From an uncultured Flavobacteriaceae bacterium (lineage in GTDB: Bacteria; Bacteroidota; Bacteroidia; Flavobacteriales; Flavobacteriaceae), in assembly GCA_964627595.1 (NCBI GenBank), contig CAZVKA010000003.1, forward strand, positions 1,257 to 65,256: 64,000 bases of DNA, in the 5' to 3' direction. The translations under genes and the position numbers were made by a program. Below are positions 46,082 through 56,820 of the stretch, in pieces; position 1 is the first letter of the stretch; every line of letters begins with the position of its first letter. Under the pieces are notes generated by a model. That model made no database searches, had not been told where the DNA came from, and saw only the letters and a program-made list of their open reading frames with translations.

Positions 46082-46942
46082 CTAAGGAAAATTTTTTCTG
46101 TGTTCCTTTTTCTTCAATTTAAAAGTGATTACAGGGATCTTTGCGTGGTTAACCAGGTCTTCACTAATGCTGCCGTTAAAAAAATGTGACAGGCCTTTTC
46201 TGCCATGGGTGGCGATACCAATAAGATCTGCTTCTATTTTCTGGGTGAAATTGAGAATCCCCTGTTCGACCGAATCATCATTGTAGACATGAAACTCGTG
46301 ATTATCAAAATCAACTCCCTCAAGGTATTTTTCAAGATAATTGTCTGTATCTTTTGTTGTGATGAATTCATTGGCAGTGTTAATGTACAATAGATGCAGC
46401 CTGGCTTTCGTCAGCCGGGCGAATTCCACTACAGATTCAAGGGTCTTCCTGTTGGTGTCGTCCAAATTGGTGGCAAATACAAAATTCCTTATCTTAAATT
46501 CAGGATGATTCTTTTTTATTACCAGCACGGGAATTTCTGAAGTTCTTACCACTTTCTCGGTATTGGAACCTACAAACATTTCTTTGAACCCGCTGGCTCC
46601 TTTTGATCCCATTACTATAAAATCACAGCCGTGCTCCCGGCTGGTCTCCATGATCCCCTCAAATGCCTGGTGAAACTCAACAATTTCATGCACTTTTAAA
46701 CCCTGTAGATAAGGCCTTGAAAGTATCTCGTTATACCGTCTTTTCGCGAGTTTCATAAAACCAATGGCTTCGGGTAGATCACTGCTGCGGGTATCTCCAA
46801 CGGGGTTTGTCATGTTGGCCGGTAGTTCTATCATGTGAAGCAGATAAATTTCGGCTTGATGTTCATGCGCCAGGTGTGCGGCGACCTGTAGGGCGTTTTC
46901 TGCGTATTCAGAAAAATCTGTAGGAACCAGGATCTTGTTCAT
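46082..46942 (-). CDS. Universal stress protein (tandem USP domains)
   Basis: ILVPTDFS, IVMGSKG...FVGSNTEKVVR, IATHGRKG...GSISE. Confidence 0.93.
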   Translation of the reverse strand: MNKILVPTDFSEYAENALQVAAHLAHEHQAEIYLLHMIELPANMTNPVGDTRSSDLPEAIGFMKLAKRRYNEILSRPYLQGLKVHEIVEFHQAFEGIMETSREHGCDFIVMGSKGASGFKEMFVGSNTEKVVRTSEIPVLVIKKNHPEFKIRNFVFATNLDDTNRKTLESVVEFARLTKARLHLLYINTANEFITTKDTDNYLEKYLEGVDFDNHEFHVYNDDSVEQGILNFTQKIEADLIGIATHGRKGLSHFFNGSISEDLVNHAKIPVITFKLKKKEHRKNFP

Positions 46943-47033
46943 AAAGAGGTTTAATTAGGTAAGGTTGATAGAGTTATAAAGCTACAAATATTTTTTCATT
47001 CAAAATGTTGTTTTCTTTCTATCAAAATATTAT

Positions 47034-47092
47034 TATATTTGCATCGTTGAAGCGAAAAAGAACAACGAGGGGACAGAAAGTCCCCTCTTTTT
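47034..47092 (+). promoter_or_regulatory. rimP operon -7 promoter and leader terminator (rimP-leader attenuator)
   Basis: TATATTTG at 47034-47041; gaggggac-agaaa-gtcccctc-ttttt at 47067-47092 just before rimP. Confidence 0.75.
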
Positions 47093-47108
47093 ATAGTCAG
47101 AATCGGGG

Positions 47109-47573
47109 ATGCTTAGAGAGAAAGTAGAAAAATTACTGGAGGAGGCTTTTGAAGAGAATAATTCGTTATTTTTAATTGACCTGAAGATAGACAATTCCAA
47201 CCATATTTCGGTAGTGATCGATGGAGACAAGGGAGTGTCTGTGAACGATTGTATTAGCGTAAGCCGAAAGGTTGAGCACAATCTGGATCGCGAGGAAGAA
47301 GACTTTTCTTTAGATGTAGCTTCAGCTGGTGTTTCGCAGCCATTGATGTTGCCGCGACAATACCGTAAAAATATAGGAAGAAAACTGGCCGTTACTACTT
47401 CCGAAGGAGAGAAATTTGAGGGAGAGCTGGTGCAAATGGAGGATGAGAAGATCACCCTTCGCTGGAAGGCCCGGGAGCCGAAACCTGTTGGAAAAGGAAA
47501 GGTTACCGTTACTAAGGAAGCTGTGTTGCCTTTAGAGGATATTAAAGAGGCAAAAGTGATAATAACATTTTAA
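47109..47573 (+). CDS. rimP: Ribosome maturation factor RimP
   Basis: IDGDKGVSVNDC..VSR, SLDVASAG; precedes nusA. Confidence 0.95.
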   Translation: MLREKVEKLLEEAFEENNSLFLIDLKIDNSNHISVVIDGDKGVSVNDCISVSRKVEHNLDREEEDFSLDVASAGVSQPLMLPRQYRKNIGRKLAVTTSEGEKFEGELVQMEDEKITLRWKAREPKPVGKGKVTVTKEAVLPLEDIKEAKVIITF

Positions 47574-47585
47574 CAGACAATTGAT

Positions 47586-48827
47586 ATGGAAAATATCGCG
47601 TTGATAGAATCGTTTTCAGAATTTAAGGATGACAAGCTGATAGATCGGGTCACCCTGATGGCGATTTTGGAAGATGTGTTTAGAAATGCTTTGAAAAAGA
47701 AGTATGGGGAAGACGATAACTTTGATATTATTGTGAACCCCGACAAAGGGGATTTGGAGATATGGAGAAATCGTGTTGTAGTGGCCGATGGAGAAGTAGA
47801 AGATCCTAACCAGGAGATCTCACTGACCGAAGCAAGAAAAATTGAACCCGATTTTGAAGTGGGGGAAGATGTATCTGAAGAAGTGAAGCTGGTTGATCTT
47901 GGGCGTCGTTCGATATTGGCGCTGCGTCAAAACCTGATCTCTAAGATCCATGAGCATGATAACACCAATATCTATAAACAATTCAAGGAACTGGAAGGTG
48001 AGATTTATACTGCCGAGGTGCACCATATTCGCCACAGGGCGATAATTTTGTTGGATGACGAGGGAAATGAGATTATTCTTCCTAAAGACCGACAAATTCC
48101 TTCAGACTTTTTCAGAAAAGGGGAAAATGTACGCGGAGTTATTGAAAGTGTGGAATTGAAGGGCAATAAACCGGCTATTATTATGTCCAGAACTTCTCCA
48201 TTATTTTTGGAGAAACTGTTTGAGCAGGAGATCCCTGAGGTATTCGATGGTCTTATTACCGTTAAAAAAGTGGTGAGGATCCCCGGAGAAAAGGCAAAAG
48301 TAGCCGTAGATTCGTATGATGATCGTATAGATCCTGTTGGAGCCTGTGTGGGTATGAAAGGATCGAGAATTCACAGCATTGTACGGGAGCTTGGAAATGA
48401 GAATATAGATGTGATCAACTTCACCACCAATAACCAGCTTTTGATCACCCGGGCCTTGAGTCCTGCAAGGATCACCTCTCTAAAGATCGACGAGGAGAAC
48501 AAACGTGCTGAGGTTATGTTGAAGCCCGAAGAGGTTTCAAAGGCCATTGGGCGTGGAGGACATAATATAAGACTGGCAGGACAATTGACAGGTTATGAGA
48601 TCGATGTCTTTAGAGAAGGTGTGGAAGAAGATGTAGAATTACGTGAATTTGCCGATGAGATCGAAGATTGGGTCATCGAAGAATTTGCTAAAATAGGTCT
48701 GGATACGGCCAAAAGTATCCTGGAGCAAGATGTTGATGATCTTGTGAAGCGAACAGATCTTGAGGAAGAAACCATCCGTGAAGTGATGAAAGTTCTTAGA
48801 GAAGAGTTCGAAGAAGAGAATAATTAG
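47586..48827 (+). CDS. nusA: Transcription termination factor NusA
   Basis: LFEQEIPEV, RIPGEKAKVAV, DPVGACVGMKGSRI, AIGRGGHN. Confidence 0.97.
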   Translation: MENIALIESFSEFKDDKLIDRVTLMAILEDVFRNALKKKYGEDDNFDIIVNPDKGDLEIWRNRVVVADGEVEDPNQEISLTEARKIEPDFEVGEDVSEEVKLVDLGRRSILALRQNLISKIHEHDNTNIYKQFKELEGEIYTAEVHHIRHRAIILLDDEGNEIILPKDRQIPSDFFRKGENVRGVIESVELKGNKPAIIMSRTSPLFLEKLFEQEIPEVFDGLITVKKVVRIPGEKAKVAVDSYDDRIDPVGACVGMKGSRIHSIVRELGNENIDVINFTTNNQLLITRALSPARITSLKIDEENKRAEVMLKPEEVSKAIGRGGHNIRLAGQLTGYEIDVFREGVEEDVELREFADEIEDWVIEEFAKIGLDTAKSILEQDVDDLVKRTDLEEETIREVMKVLREEFEEENN

Positions 48828-48859
48828 AAATAAAAAGAGGATAATTTAGAGGGCAATTT

Positions 48860-51646
48860 ATGGCTGAAGCAAAAACAATGCGATTAAATAAGGTACTACG
48901 CGAATTCAATATCTCGCTGGATCGTGCTGTGGAATATTTAAATTCCAAGGGCCACGAGATAGAAGCGCGTCCTACCACTAAAATTTCCGGAGAGATTTAT
49001 CAGGTGCTTGCTGATGAATTTCAGACAGACAAGAGCAAAAAGGTAGCCTCCAAAGAAGTTGGTGAAGAGAAACGAAAAGAGAAGGAGGAAATACGTCTTG
49101 CCCGGGAAAAGGAACTGGAAGAAAAGCGGAAGCAGGAGGAAAGGCAGGAAGTGATAAGAGCTAAATCCAATCTGGAAGGCCCAAAACAGGTGGGGAAAAT
49201 AGATCTTGACAAACCTAAGGAAGAGCAAAAACCAAAAGCCGAGGAGAAAAAAGAAGTGCCTGAACAGCCACAGGCAGAAACTCCAAAGCCAGAGGAAAAA
49301 CCTAAAGCCGAAGAGAAGGAAGAGAAGAAAGAAGAAATAGTTAAGGAGGAAAAGCCAAAACCTAAGGAGGAAAAGGCGGCCCCTGTTGAAGAGGTAGAAA
49401 AACCTAAGGTACCAAAACAGGAGGAAAAACCTGAGGAGAAGAAATCGGAAGAAGCTCCTAAAGAAGAGAAAAAGGAGGAAGAAGAAAAAGGAGAGGAATC
49501 TTCTACTGTAGCTACTAAATATCAAAAACTAAGCGGGCCTAATTTTACCGGAGAAAAAATAGATCTTTCCCAGTTTAAAAAGCCTGCTAAGAAAAAAGAC
49601 GACAAGAAAGCGGAGGCCGATAAGGATAAACGCAAAAAACGTCGCCGAAGAATAAGTAAGGATGTCAAGGGTGCACCCGGTGCAGCCGGAGGCGGAGCCG
49701 GAAAGGCCAGAGGAAAACGTACCAGACCCGTTACCAAAGAGGAGCCAAGCGAGGAAGAAGTGCAAAAGCAAGTTCGTGAGACGCTTGAAAAACTTCAGGG
49801 TAAATCAGGAAAAGGGAAAGGTGCTAAATATCGTCGAACCAAAAGGGATACTCACCGTCAAAGAACTGAGGAGGCCCAACTGGAAGAGGATAACAAGGTA
49901 TTGAAGGTAACCGAATTCGTTACCGTTAGTGAGGTCGCTACCATGATGGATGTGCCGGTAACCAAAATTATTTCAGCATGTATGTCTCTTGGAATGATGG
50001 TGACCATGAACCAGAGACTGGACGCCGAGACTTTGTCTATTGTTGCTGATGAATTTGGTTATGAGGTTGAATTTGTAACTGCAGATCTTGAAGAGACTAA
50101 AGAAGAGGTGCCTGAAAATCCGGAAGATCTTAAGCCGCGTGCTCCAATCGTAACTGTTATGGGTCACGTTGACCACGGTAAGACTTCCTTGCTTGATTAT
50201 ATTCGTAAGGAGAATGTAATTGCCGGAGAGAGTGGAGGTATTACCCAGCATATTGGTGCCTACGGTGTAGAACTTGAAAACGGACAAAAAATAGCATTTT
50301 TGGATACTCCTGGTCACGAAGCCTTTACGGCGATGCGTGCAAGGGGTGCCCAGGTGACTGATATCGCGATTATCGTGATCGCGGCAGATGATGATGTGAT
50401 GCCGCAAACCAAAGAAGCGATCTCTCACGCCCAGGCGGCAGGGGTTCCTATTGTATTCGCGATAAATAAATCTGATTTGCCTACCGCAAATCCTGAAAAG
50501 ATCAAAGAAAAACTGGCCGGGATGAACCTGCTGGTTGAAGACTGGGGCGGTAAGGTACAGTCTCACGATATATCTGCCAAGACCGGGTTAGGTGTAAAGG
50601 AATTGCTTGAAAAGGTACTTCTGGAGGCAGAGATACTTGAGTTGAAAGCTAATCCCGAGAAACTTGCTACAGGTACAGTAGTAGAGGCTTATCTTGATAA
50701 AGGTAGAGGTTATATTTCCACTATTTTAGTGCAGGCTGGTACCTTAAAGATCGGGGACTACGTATTGGCGGGTAAAAACAGTGGTAAGATAAAAGCGATG
50801 CACGATGAGCGTGGAAAAGAGGTCAAAGAGGCAGGTCCTTCTACGCCGGTGTCCATACTTGGACTTGACGGAGCCCCACAGGCCGGTGACAAGTTCAAAG
50901 TAATGCTTGACGAAAGGGAAGCTAAGGATATCGCCGCGAAACGTACTCAGTTGCAAAGAGAACAATCTGTTCGTACGCAACGTCACATTACCCTTGATGA
51001 AATTGGTAGACGTATTGCACTGGGAGATTTTAAAGAATTGAACATCATCCTGAAAGGTGATGTGGATGGTTCTGTAGAAGCGTTGACAGATAGTTTCCAA
51101 AAACTTTCTACGGAAGAGATCCAGGTTAATATCATTCATAAAGGAGTGGGTGCAATTACAGAAAGTGATGTCCTCCTGGCTTCAGCGTCAGATGCGATCA
51201 TTATTGGATTTAATGTACGTCCTGCCGGAAATGCGAGAATGGTTGCTGAGAAAGAGGAAATTGATATCAGGACTTATTCAATTATCTATGATGCTATCAA
51301 CGATCTGAAAGATGCTATGGAAGGTATGCTTTCTCCTGTGATGAAGGAAGAGATTACCGGTAATGCAGAGATCAGGGAGATCTTCAAGGTGTCTAAAGTA
51401 GGAAGTATTGCCGGATGTATGGTAACCGACGGAAAGATCTACAGAAACTCCCAAATCAGATTAATACGTGACGGAGTTGTAGTTTACACTGGTGTACTTG
51501 CTTCCTTGAAACGTTTCAAAGATGATGTGAAAGAAGTATCTAAAGGTTATGATTGTGGACTGCAGATCAAGAACTACAATGATATAAAAGAAGGTGATGT
51601 GGTTGAAGCCTTCCAGGAAGTTGCCGTGAAGAAGAAACTTAAGTAA
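48860..51646 (+). CDS. infB: Translation initiation factor IF-2
   Basis: [26 protein letters not shown]; charged N-terminal linker. Confidence 0.98.
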   Translation: MAEAKTMRLNKVLREFNISLDRAVEYLNSKGHEIEARPTTKISGEIYQVLADEFQTDKSKKVASKEVGEEKRKEKEEIRLAREKELEEKRKQEERQEVIRAKSNLEGPKQVGKIDLDKPKEEQKPKAEEKKEVPEQPQAETPKPEEKPKAEEKEEKKEEIVKEEKPKPKEEKAAPVEEVEKPKVPKQEEKPEEKKSEEAPKEEKKEEEEKGEESSTVATKYQKLSGPNFTGEKIDLSQFKKPAKKKDDKKAEADKDKRKKRRRRISKDVKGAPGAAGGGAGKARGKRTRPVTKEEPSEEEVQKQVRETLEKLQGKSGKGKGAKYRRTKRDTHRQRTEEAQLEEDNKVLKVTEFVTVSEVATMMDVPVTKIISACMSLGMMVTMNQRLDAETLSIVADEFGYEVEFVTADLEETKEEVPENPEDLKPRAPIVTVMGHVDHGKTSLLDYIRKENVIAGESGGITQHIGAYGVELENGQKIAFLDTPGHEAFTAMRARGAQVTDIAIIVIAADDDVMPQTKEAISHAQAAGVPIVFAINKSDLPTANPEKIKEKLAGMNLLVEDWGGKVQSHDISAKTGLGVKELLEKVLLEAEILELKANPEKLATGTVVEAYLDKGRGYISTILVQAGTLKIGDYVLAGKNSGKIKAMHDERGKEVKEAGPSTPVSILGLDGAPQAGDKFKVMLDEREAKDIAAKRTQLQREQSVRTQRHITLDEIGRRIALGDFKELNIILKGDVDGSVEALTDSFQKLSTEEIQVNIIHKGVGAITESDVLLASASDAIIIGFNVRPAGNARMVAEKEEIDIRTYSIIYDAINDLKDAMEGMLSPVMKEEITGNAEIREIFKVSKVGSIAGCMVTDGKIYRNSQIRLIRDGVVVYTGVLASLKRFKDDVKEVSKGYDCGLQIKNYNDIKEGDVVEAFQEVAVKKKLK

Positions 51647-51663
51647 GCGGTAATTATAGTTAC

Positions 51664-51696
51664 AAAAAAAAGGGATGCGTTTGCATCCCTTTTTTT
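51664..51696. terminator. Bidirectional terminator
   Basis: aaaaaaaagggatgc-gttt-gcatccctttttt between convergent infB and SPOR gene. Confidence 0.88.
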
Positions 51697-51711
51697 ATGA
51701 CTTAAAAGAAG

Positions 51712-52098
51712 TTATTTTTTTTCTGGTTTGAACCTAAAAGCTGCCGGAAAGGACTTTTTAATTTCCAGTAACGCCTTGTCTGCCTCAAGGCTGTTCCTGA
51801 AATTGCCAACCCATACTTTATAGTTCGGGGTCTCATAAACAATGGTAGAAGGCCATTTAGGGTGCAGGGACCGATATTCCTTTATGATCTTGCTTGCTTC
51901 ATTATTATCACCTGAGAAAAGCTGTATGCGGTAACGGTCGCCCAGCCTGCTGTCTCTTGTCATTTCGGTTTTTTTCTCGAGCAATTCAGGGATCAGTTCG
52001 TCCTGGTTAATGGTAACCTGTCCCTCCTGAGCAGTACTTAATGCACTGAATCCCAAAAAGAAGGAGGTGGATAATATTAATGAGGTTTTTTTCAACAT
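51712..52098 (-). CDS. Secreted SPOR-domain protein
   Basis: Signal peptide; YRIQLFSG, YKVWVGNF..LEA. Confidence 0.85.
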   Translation of the reverse strand: MLKKTSLILSTSFFLGFSALSTAQEGQVTINQDELIPELLEKKTEMTRDSRLGDRYRIQLFSGDNNEASKIIKEYRSLHPKWPSTIVYETPNYKVWVGNFRNSLEADKALLEIKKSFPAAFRFKPEKK

Positions 52099-52215
52099 TT
52101 AGATTGTATTTTTCTGATAAACAAATGTATAACTTAATTGGTCAAAATCGGCCAAATAGTCTATTTAGAACAGTTATAAATTAGGCTTCTATCCCCTAAA
52201 ATCGACTTTAAGTAT

Positions 52216-52267
52216 TACTTTTGTCGGTAAAATTTCGGGGTCATAAAATTATGATAAAAGTCACATT
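52216..52267 (+). promoter_or_regulatory. act operon -7 element with a downstream Crp/Fnr-type box
   Basis: TACTTTTG at 52216-52223; attaTGA-taaaag-TCAcatt at 52248-52267. Confidence 0.6.
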
Positions 52268-52316
52268 TTTTTAACTCGAAAAACCGTACCAAAAAGACGT
52301 TAATTCTACATATAAT

Positions 52317-53681
52317 ATGAAAAAGGTGAAATACCGCCATTCAGTCGCTCGAATACTTTCTTTAAGTGTATCATTATTCTTATCGTTTAATGCATTCGTT
52401 TTTGCACAAGATGAATCCCCTTTGAGTGAGGATGAATCAGTAGTTCAGGAGACTGTTCAGGGAGCTCAGGAGTCAAATGTGGAGGCAGAAGCCGGTAGTG
52501 GAGATGCTGCTGCAGGAAAGGCCTTGTTCAATACCTTATGTGCGGCATGTCATAAGCTCGACGGAAATTCCATAGGGCCACCATTAAGGGGTGTTGCTGA
52601 AAGAAGGGATACCGACTGGTTGCACAGCTGGATCAAAAATAGTTCTTCCATGATTGCGGCTGGTGATCAACTTGCTGTAGAGCTTTATAATGAATACAAT
52701 CAGGTGGCGATGCCCCCATTCCCGCAGTTGACAGATGCGGATATCGATAATATTCTGGCGTACACCAGTCAGCCTAAAGCCGTGCCGCAGGCTCAGCAGG
52801 CTGGAGCCGAAGCGGGAGCTGCCGGTGGTGCTGGTGGTGGAGTTTCAACAGATATCCTTCTGGTGATCCTTGCTTTTGTGTTGGCGATGCTATTAGTGAT
52901 CCTTTTCCTGGTGAACCGCACTTTGAGAAGGTTTGCGGCGGCCAGTGGAGTAGAATTGCCGGTAAAGCCTAAAAGAAAGCCAATCTGGAAGGCTTTTGTG
53001 GAGAATCAGTTTCTCGTACTAATTAGTGCTGTGTTTCTCGTTCTAATAGGAACCTATTTTGCGTATGGTTACCTCATGCAGGTGGGTGTTGATCAGGGAT
53101 ATCAGCCAATCCAGCCAATACACTTCTCTCATAGGATACATGCTGGGGATAATCAAATAGAATGTAAGTTCTGTCACTCTTCAGCAAGAGTTTCAAAAAC
53201 TTCTGGGATACCATCTCTTAATGTCTGCATGAACTGTCACAAATCCATTAGTGAAGTTGCTGAAAGTACTGCAACAGAAGAGTATTCTAAATCTTTCTAC
53301 GATGGGGAGATCGCCAAGCTCTACGATGCAGTGGGTTGGGATGTGGAAACCCAGAGTTATACCGGCGAAACCGAACCTGTAAAATGGGTAAGGATTCATA
53401 ATTTACCCGACTTTGCTTACTTCAATCACTCGCAGCACGTAGAGGTGGGCGGCATAGCTTGTCAAACCTGTCACGGTCCTGTTGAAGAAATGGAGATCAT
53501 GTATCAAAATGCTCCGCTTACCATGGGATGGTGTGTTAACTGTCACCGGGAAACCAACGTAAGAACAGCCGGTAATGAGTATTATGAGAAAGTTCATGAA
53601 GAGCTTTCCAAGAAATATGGGGTTGAGGAATTGACCGTGGCCCAGATGGGTGGAATTGAGTGTGGTAAGTGCCACTATTAA
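52317..53681 (+). CDS. actA: Alternative complex III subunit ActA (monoheme + pentaheme cytochrome c)
   Basis: Six CxxCH: CAACH, CKFCH, CMNCH, CQTCH, CVNCH, CGKCH. Confidence 0.95.
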   Translation: MKKVKYRHSVARILSLSVSLFLSFNAFVFAQDESPLSEDESVVQETVQGAQESNVEAEAGSGDAAAGKALFNTLCAACHKLDGNSIGPPLRGVAERRDTDWLHSWIKNSSSMIAAGDQLAVELYNEYNQVAMPPFPQLTDADIDNILAYTSQPKAVPQAQQAGAEAGAAGGAGGGVSTDILLVILAFVLAMLLVILFLVNRTLRRFAAASGVELPVKPKRKPIWKAFVENQFLVLISAVFLVLIGTYFAYGYLMQVGVDQGYQPIQPIHFSHRIHAGDNQIECKFCHSSARVSKTSGIPSLNVCMNCHKSISEVAESTATEEYSKSFYDGEIAKLYDAVGWDVETQSYTGETEPVKWVRIHNLPDFAYFNHSQHVEVGGIACQTCHGPVEEMEIMYQNAPLTMGWCVNCHRETNVRTAGNEYYEKVHEELSKKYGVEELTVAQMGGIECGKCHY

Positions 53682-53706
53682 TAAACAAGAAGAAATATTT
53701 TAATAT

Positions 53707-56700
53707 ATGTCATCAAACAAGAAATACTGGCAAAGTGTTGAAGAGCTAAAGGAATCAAGCTCTATTGTTGAGGCGCACCAGCAAAAGGAATTTGCAGAAG
53801 AGATACCTACTGATGAATTTTTAGGTGATAAAGAATCTCTTGAAAGTTCAACTACTTCCAGAAGGGACTTTTTAAAGTATGTAGGATTTAGTACCGCTGC
53901 GGCATCTTTGGCTGCTTGCGAGGGGCCTGTGATGAAGTCGATCCCTTACGTGGTTCAGCCTGAGCGAATTGTTCCGGGTGTTGCTAACTATTATGCAACA
54001 ACCATGGCAGATGGATTTGACTTTGCGGGGGTGCTTGTGAAGACCCGGGAAGGGCGTCCTATAAAGATCGAACAGAACACTATGGCAAATACCGGTGCAA
54101 ATGCACGGGTACAGGCTTCAGTATTGTCTTTGTACGATAATAAGAGACTACAGCGTCCTAAGGCTAACGGTCAGGTTGTGTCTTGGGAGCAGTTTGACAA
54201 AGAAGTGACGGAAAAGCTGAATACAGTATCCGGCGATATTGTCCTGCTTACTCAAACATTTGCCAGTCCGTCTACATCACGCCTTATTAATGAGTTCTCT
54301 CAAAAATACGGTAATGTAAGGCATGTTGTGTATGATACTGTTTCCGAAGATGCTGCGTTGGATGCTTTCCAGGCAAGATATGGAACACGTGCACTTCCTA
54401 ATTATGATTTTTCAAAAGCAGAAACTATTGTTTCTGTTGGGGCTGATTTCCTTGGTGATTGGGCAGGGGGAGGATATGATGCCGCATATGCAAAAGGGCG
54501 CATTCCGAAGAATGGAAAAATGTCCCGTCATGTTCAATTTGAGTCCAACCTTTCTCTTTCTGGAGGGAATGCAGATAAAAGAGTGCTGGTAACGCCATCT
54601 CAGCAAAAGATGGTTCTTGCCGCTCTTCATGGTTATATTACAGGTGGTTCTTCTACTAGTAATTTACCGGCAGCGATTGATGATGCAGTGGTGAAAGCTG
54701 CAAGGCAGTTACGTAAAACAGGAAGCGGAGCAATTGTTGTCACCGGAATCCCTGATACAGATGCCCAATCCCTTGCTTTGGCTATTAATGAAGCCCTTGG
54801 AAGCCGGGTAATGGACACAGAGAATCCAAGAATGTTGAGGCAGGGTAATGCTGCGGAAGTGAAGCAACTTGTTGCAGATATGAATGCCGGACGGGTGGGA
54901 GCAATCCTCGTTGCCGGTGTAAATCCTGCTTATAGTCTTCCATTTGCTGAAGAATTTGTAGAGGGGCTTAAGAAAGTTGATCTTTCTGTGGCTTTTTCCA
55001 TGAAAGAAGATGAAACAGCATTGCTGTGCAATTATATCGCGGCAACCCCGCACTACCTGGAGAGTTGGGGTGATGTTCAGTTTACGAAAAGGAATTTTGG
55101 TTTAATGCAGCCAACGATAAGGCCTTTATTTGACACCAGCCAGTTCCAGGATATTCTGTTAAGATGGACTGATAACTCAACTTCATATTACGAATATATT
55201 AAGGAGATGTGGTCTGGCGCGTTAGGAAATACTTCGTGGGTAGATGCACTTCATGATGGTACTTTTGAGGCTTCAGCGCCTGAAATAGGTGGCGCTATTA
55301 ACACTGCCGGTGCAGGTAGTGTGAGTGTTAACAGTGATAGCGTGGCTGCTAAAAATCTTGCAGGTGCTGCAGGGCAAGGGCTTGAGCTTGAATTATACAC
55401 TTCTACTGCCATGGGGTCAGGAAACCAGGCGAACAATCCATGGTTACAGGAAATGCCAGATCCTATTACAAGGGCTTCCTGGGATAACTACCTGAAGATT
55501 TCCAGAGCAGATGCCGAGGCATTGGGACTGGAAAATGAGCACGTGGCAGACGGCGCTTTGAACGGTAATGTGGTAAATCTTAAGGTGGGGGAAACCGTAG
55601 TTAAGAATGTGCCTGTGTTCATTCAGCCCGGGCAGGCAAAAGGAGCTGTATCACTTGCGCTTGGTTATGGAAAAAAAGAAGGAATTCAGAAAGAAATGCA
55701 GGTAGGTGTGAATGCTTACCCGCTGTATAAAGATTTTAAATCTTTTCAAAATGTAACTATAGAGAAGACTGCTGGAGTGCATGAATTCGCCTGTTTGCAG
55801 TTGCATACTACATTGATGGGAAGAAATGATATCATCAAGGAAACTACCCTTGAGATTTTCAATACTAAGGATTCTCATGTGTGGAATAAGATGCCTCAGG
55901 TTTCTTTAAATCACGTAGAAACTCCTGTTACCTCGCCAGATGTTGATCTTTGGGATGGGTTTGACCGCTCTACAGGACATCACTTTAAGATGTCTATTGA
56001 TCTAAACGCCTGTACGGGTTGTGGGGCTTGTGTGATTGCCTGTCATGCAGAGAACAATGTTCCTGTTGTAGGTAAAGAGGAGGTTAGAAAATACAGAGAT
56101 ATGCACTGGTTGAGAATTGACCGGTATTATTCTTCTGAAGAAAGCTTCCAGGCAGATGTTGATAAGAAAGAGAACATGTCTGGTCTTGGGGATTCCCTTT
56201 CTCAATTCGGAGAAATGGAAGTTGCAGCCGATAATCCTCAGGTTGTATTCCAGCCTGTAATGTGTCAGCATTGTAACCATGCACCTTGTGAAACCGTTTG
56301 TCCGGTTGCTGCAACCATGCATGGTCGCCAGGGGCAAAACCAGATGATATATAACAGGTGTGTAGGTACCCGTTACTGTGCAAACAACTGTCCTTACAAA
56401 GTTAGAAGGTTCAACTGGTTCCTTTACAACAAAAATGACGAGTTCGATTACCACATGAACAATGATCTTGGTCGGATGGTGCTAAACCCAGATGTTACTG
56501 TGCGATCTCGCGGGGTAATGGAAAAATGTTCTTTCTGTATTCAAAGAACACAAAAGACCATTCTTGATGCCAAGAGAGAAGGAAGGGCGATTGAAGATGG
56601 AGAATTTCAAACTGCTTGTTCGGCTGCCTGTGACAAAGGTGCGATCATCTTTGGAGACGTGAATGATGAGAACAGCCAGATTAATGAATTGCAAGAAGAC

Positions 56701-56787
56701 GACAGGATGTATCACCTGCTGGAATATGTGGGTACAAAACCAAATGTGATGTACCAGACAAAAGTTAGAAATACATCTGAAGCTTAA
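53707..56787 (+). CDS. actB: Alternative complex III subunit ActB
   Basis: Tat motif SRRDFLK with lipobox LAAC; molybdopterin-oxidoreductase-like body; C-terminal Fe-S motifs. Confidence 0.95.
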   Translation: MSSNKKYWQSVEELKESSSIVEAHQQKEFAEEIPTDEFLGDKESLESSTTSRRDFLKYVGFSTAAASLAACEGPVMKSIPYVVQPERIVPGVANYYATTMADGFDFAGVLVKTREGRPIKIEQNTMANTGANARVQASVLSLYDNKRLQRPKANGQVVSWEQFDKEVTEKLNTVSGDIVLLTQTFASPSTSRLINEFSQKYGNVRHVVYDTVSEDAALDAFQARYGTRALPNYDFSKAETIVSVGADFLGDWAGGGYDAAYAKGRIPKNGKMSRHVQFESNLSLSGGNADKRVLVTPSQQKMVLAALHGYITGGSSTSNLPAAIDDAVVKAARQLRKTGSGAIVVTGIPDTDAQSLALAINEALGSRVMDTENPRMLRQGNAAEVKQLVADMNAGRVGAILVAGVNPAYSLPFAEEFVEGLKKVDLSVAFSMKEDETALLCNYIAATPHYLESWGDVQFTKRNFGLMQPTIRPLFDTSQFQDILLRWTDNSTSYYEYIKEMWSGALGNTSWVDALHDGTFEASAPEIGGAINTAGAGSVSVNSDSVAAKNLAGAAGQGLELELYTSTAMGSGNQANNPWLQEMPDPITRASWDNYLKISRADAEALGLENEHVADGALNGNVVNLKVGETVVKNVPVFIQPGQAKGAVSLALGYGKKEGIQKEMQVGVNAYPLYKDFKSFQNVTIEKTAGVHEFACLQLHTTLMGRNDIIKETTLEIFNTKDSHVWNKMPQVSLNHVETPVTSPDVDLWDGFDRSTGHHFKMSIDLNACTGCGACVIACHAENNVPVVGKEEVRKYRDMHWLRIDRYYSSEESFQADVDKKENMSGLGDSLSQFGEMEVAADNPQVVFQPVMCQHCNHAPCETVCPVAATMHGRQGQNQMIYNRCVGTRYCANNCPYKVRRFNWFLYNKNDEFDYHMNNDLGRMVLNPDVTVRSRGVMEKCSFCIQRTQKTILDAKREGRAIEDGEFQTACSAACDKGAIIFGDVNDENSQINELQEDDRMYHLLEYVGTKPNVMYQTKVRNTSEA

Positions 56788-56820
56788 TTAAACGAATAAA
56801 GAATCAATTATAAAAAGCAT

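Noticed and set aside
46943-47033. Hypoxia box for the second usp gene
   Set aside because: No TGA-N6-TCA found upstream, so it is not assigned to the regulon.
49200-49500. Repetitive purine-rich DNA in infB
   Set aside because: Low-complexity KPEE coding linker, normal for IF-2; not a CRISPR or mobile repeat.
48938-49525. 195-aa Phe/Leu-rich minus-strand ORF
   Set aside because: Antisense shadow of the Lys/Glu-rich IF-2 linker.
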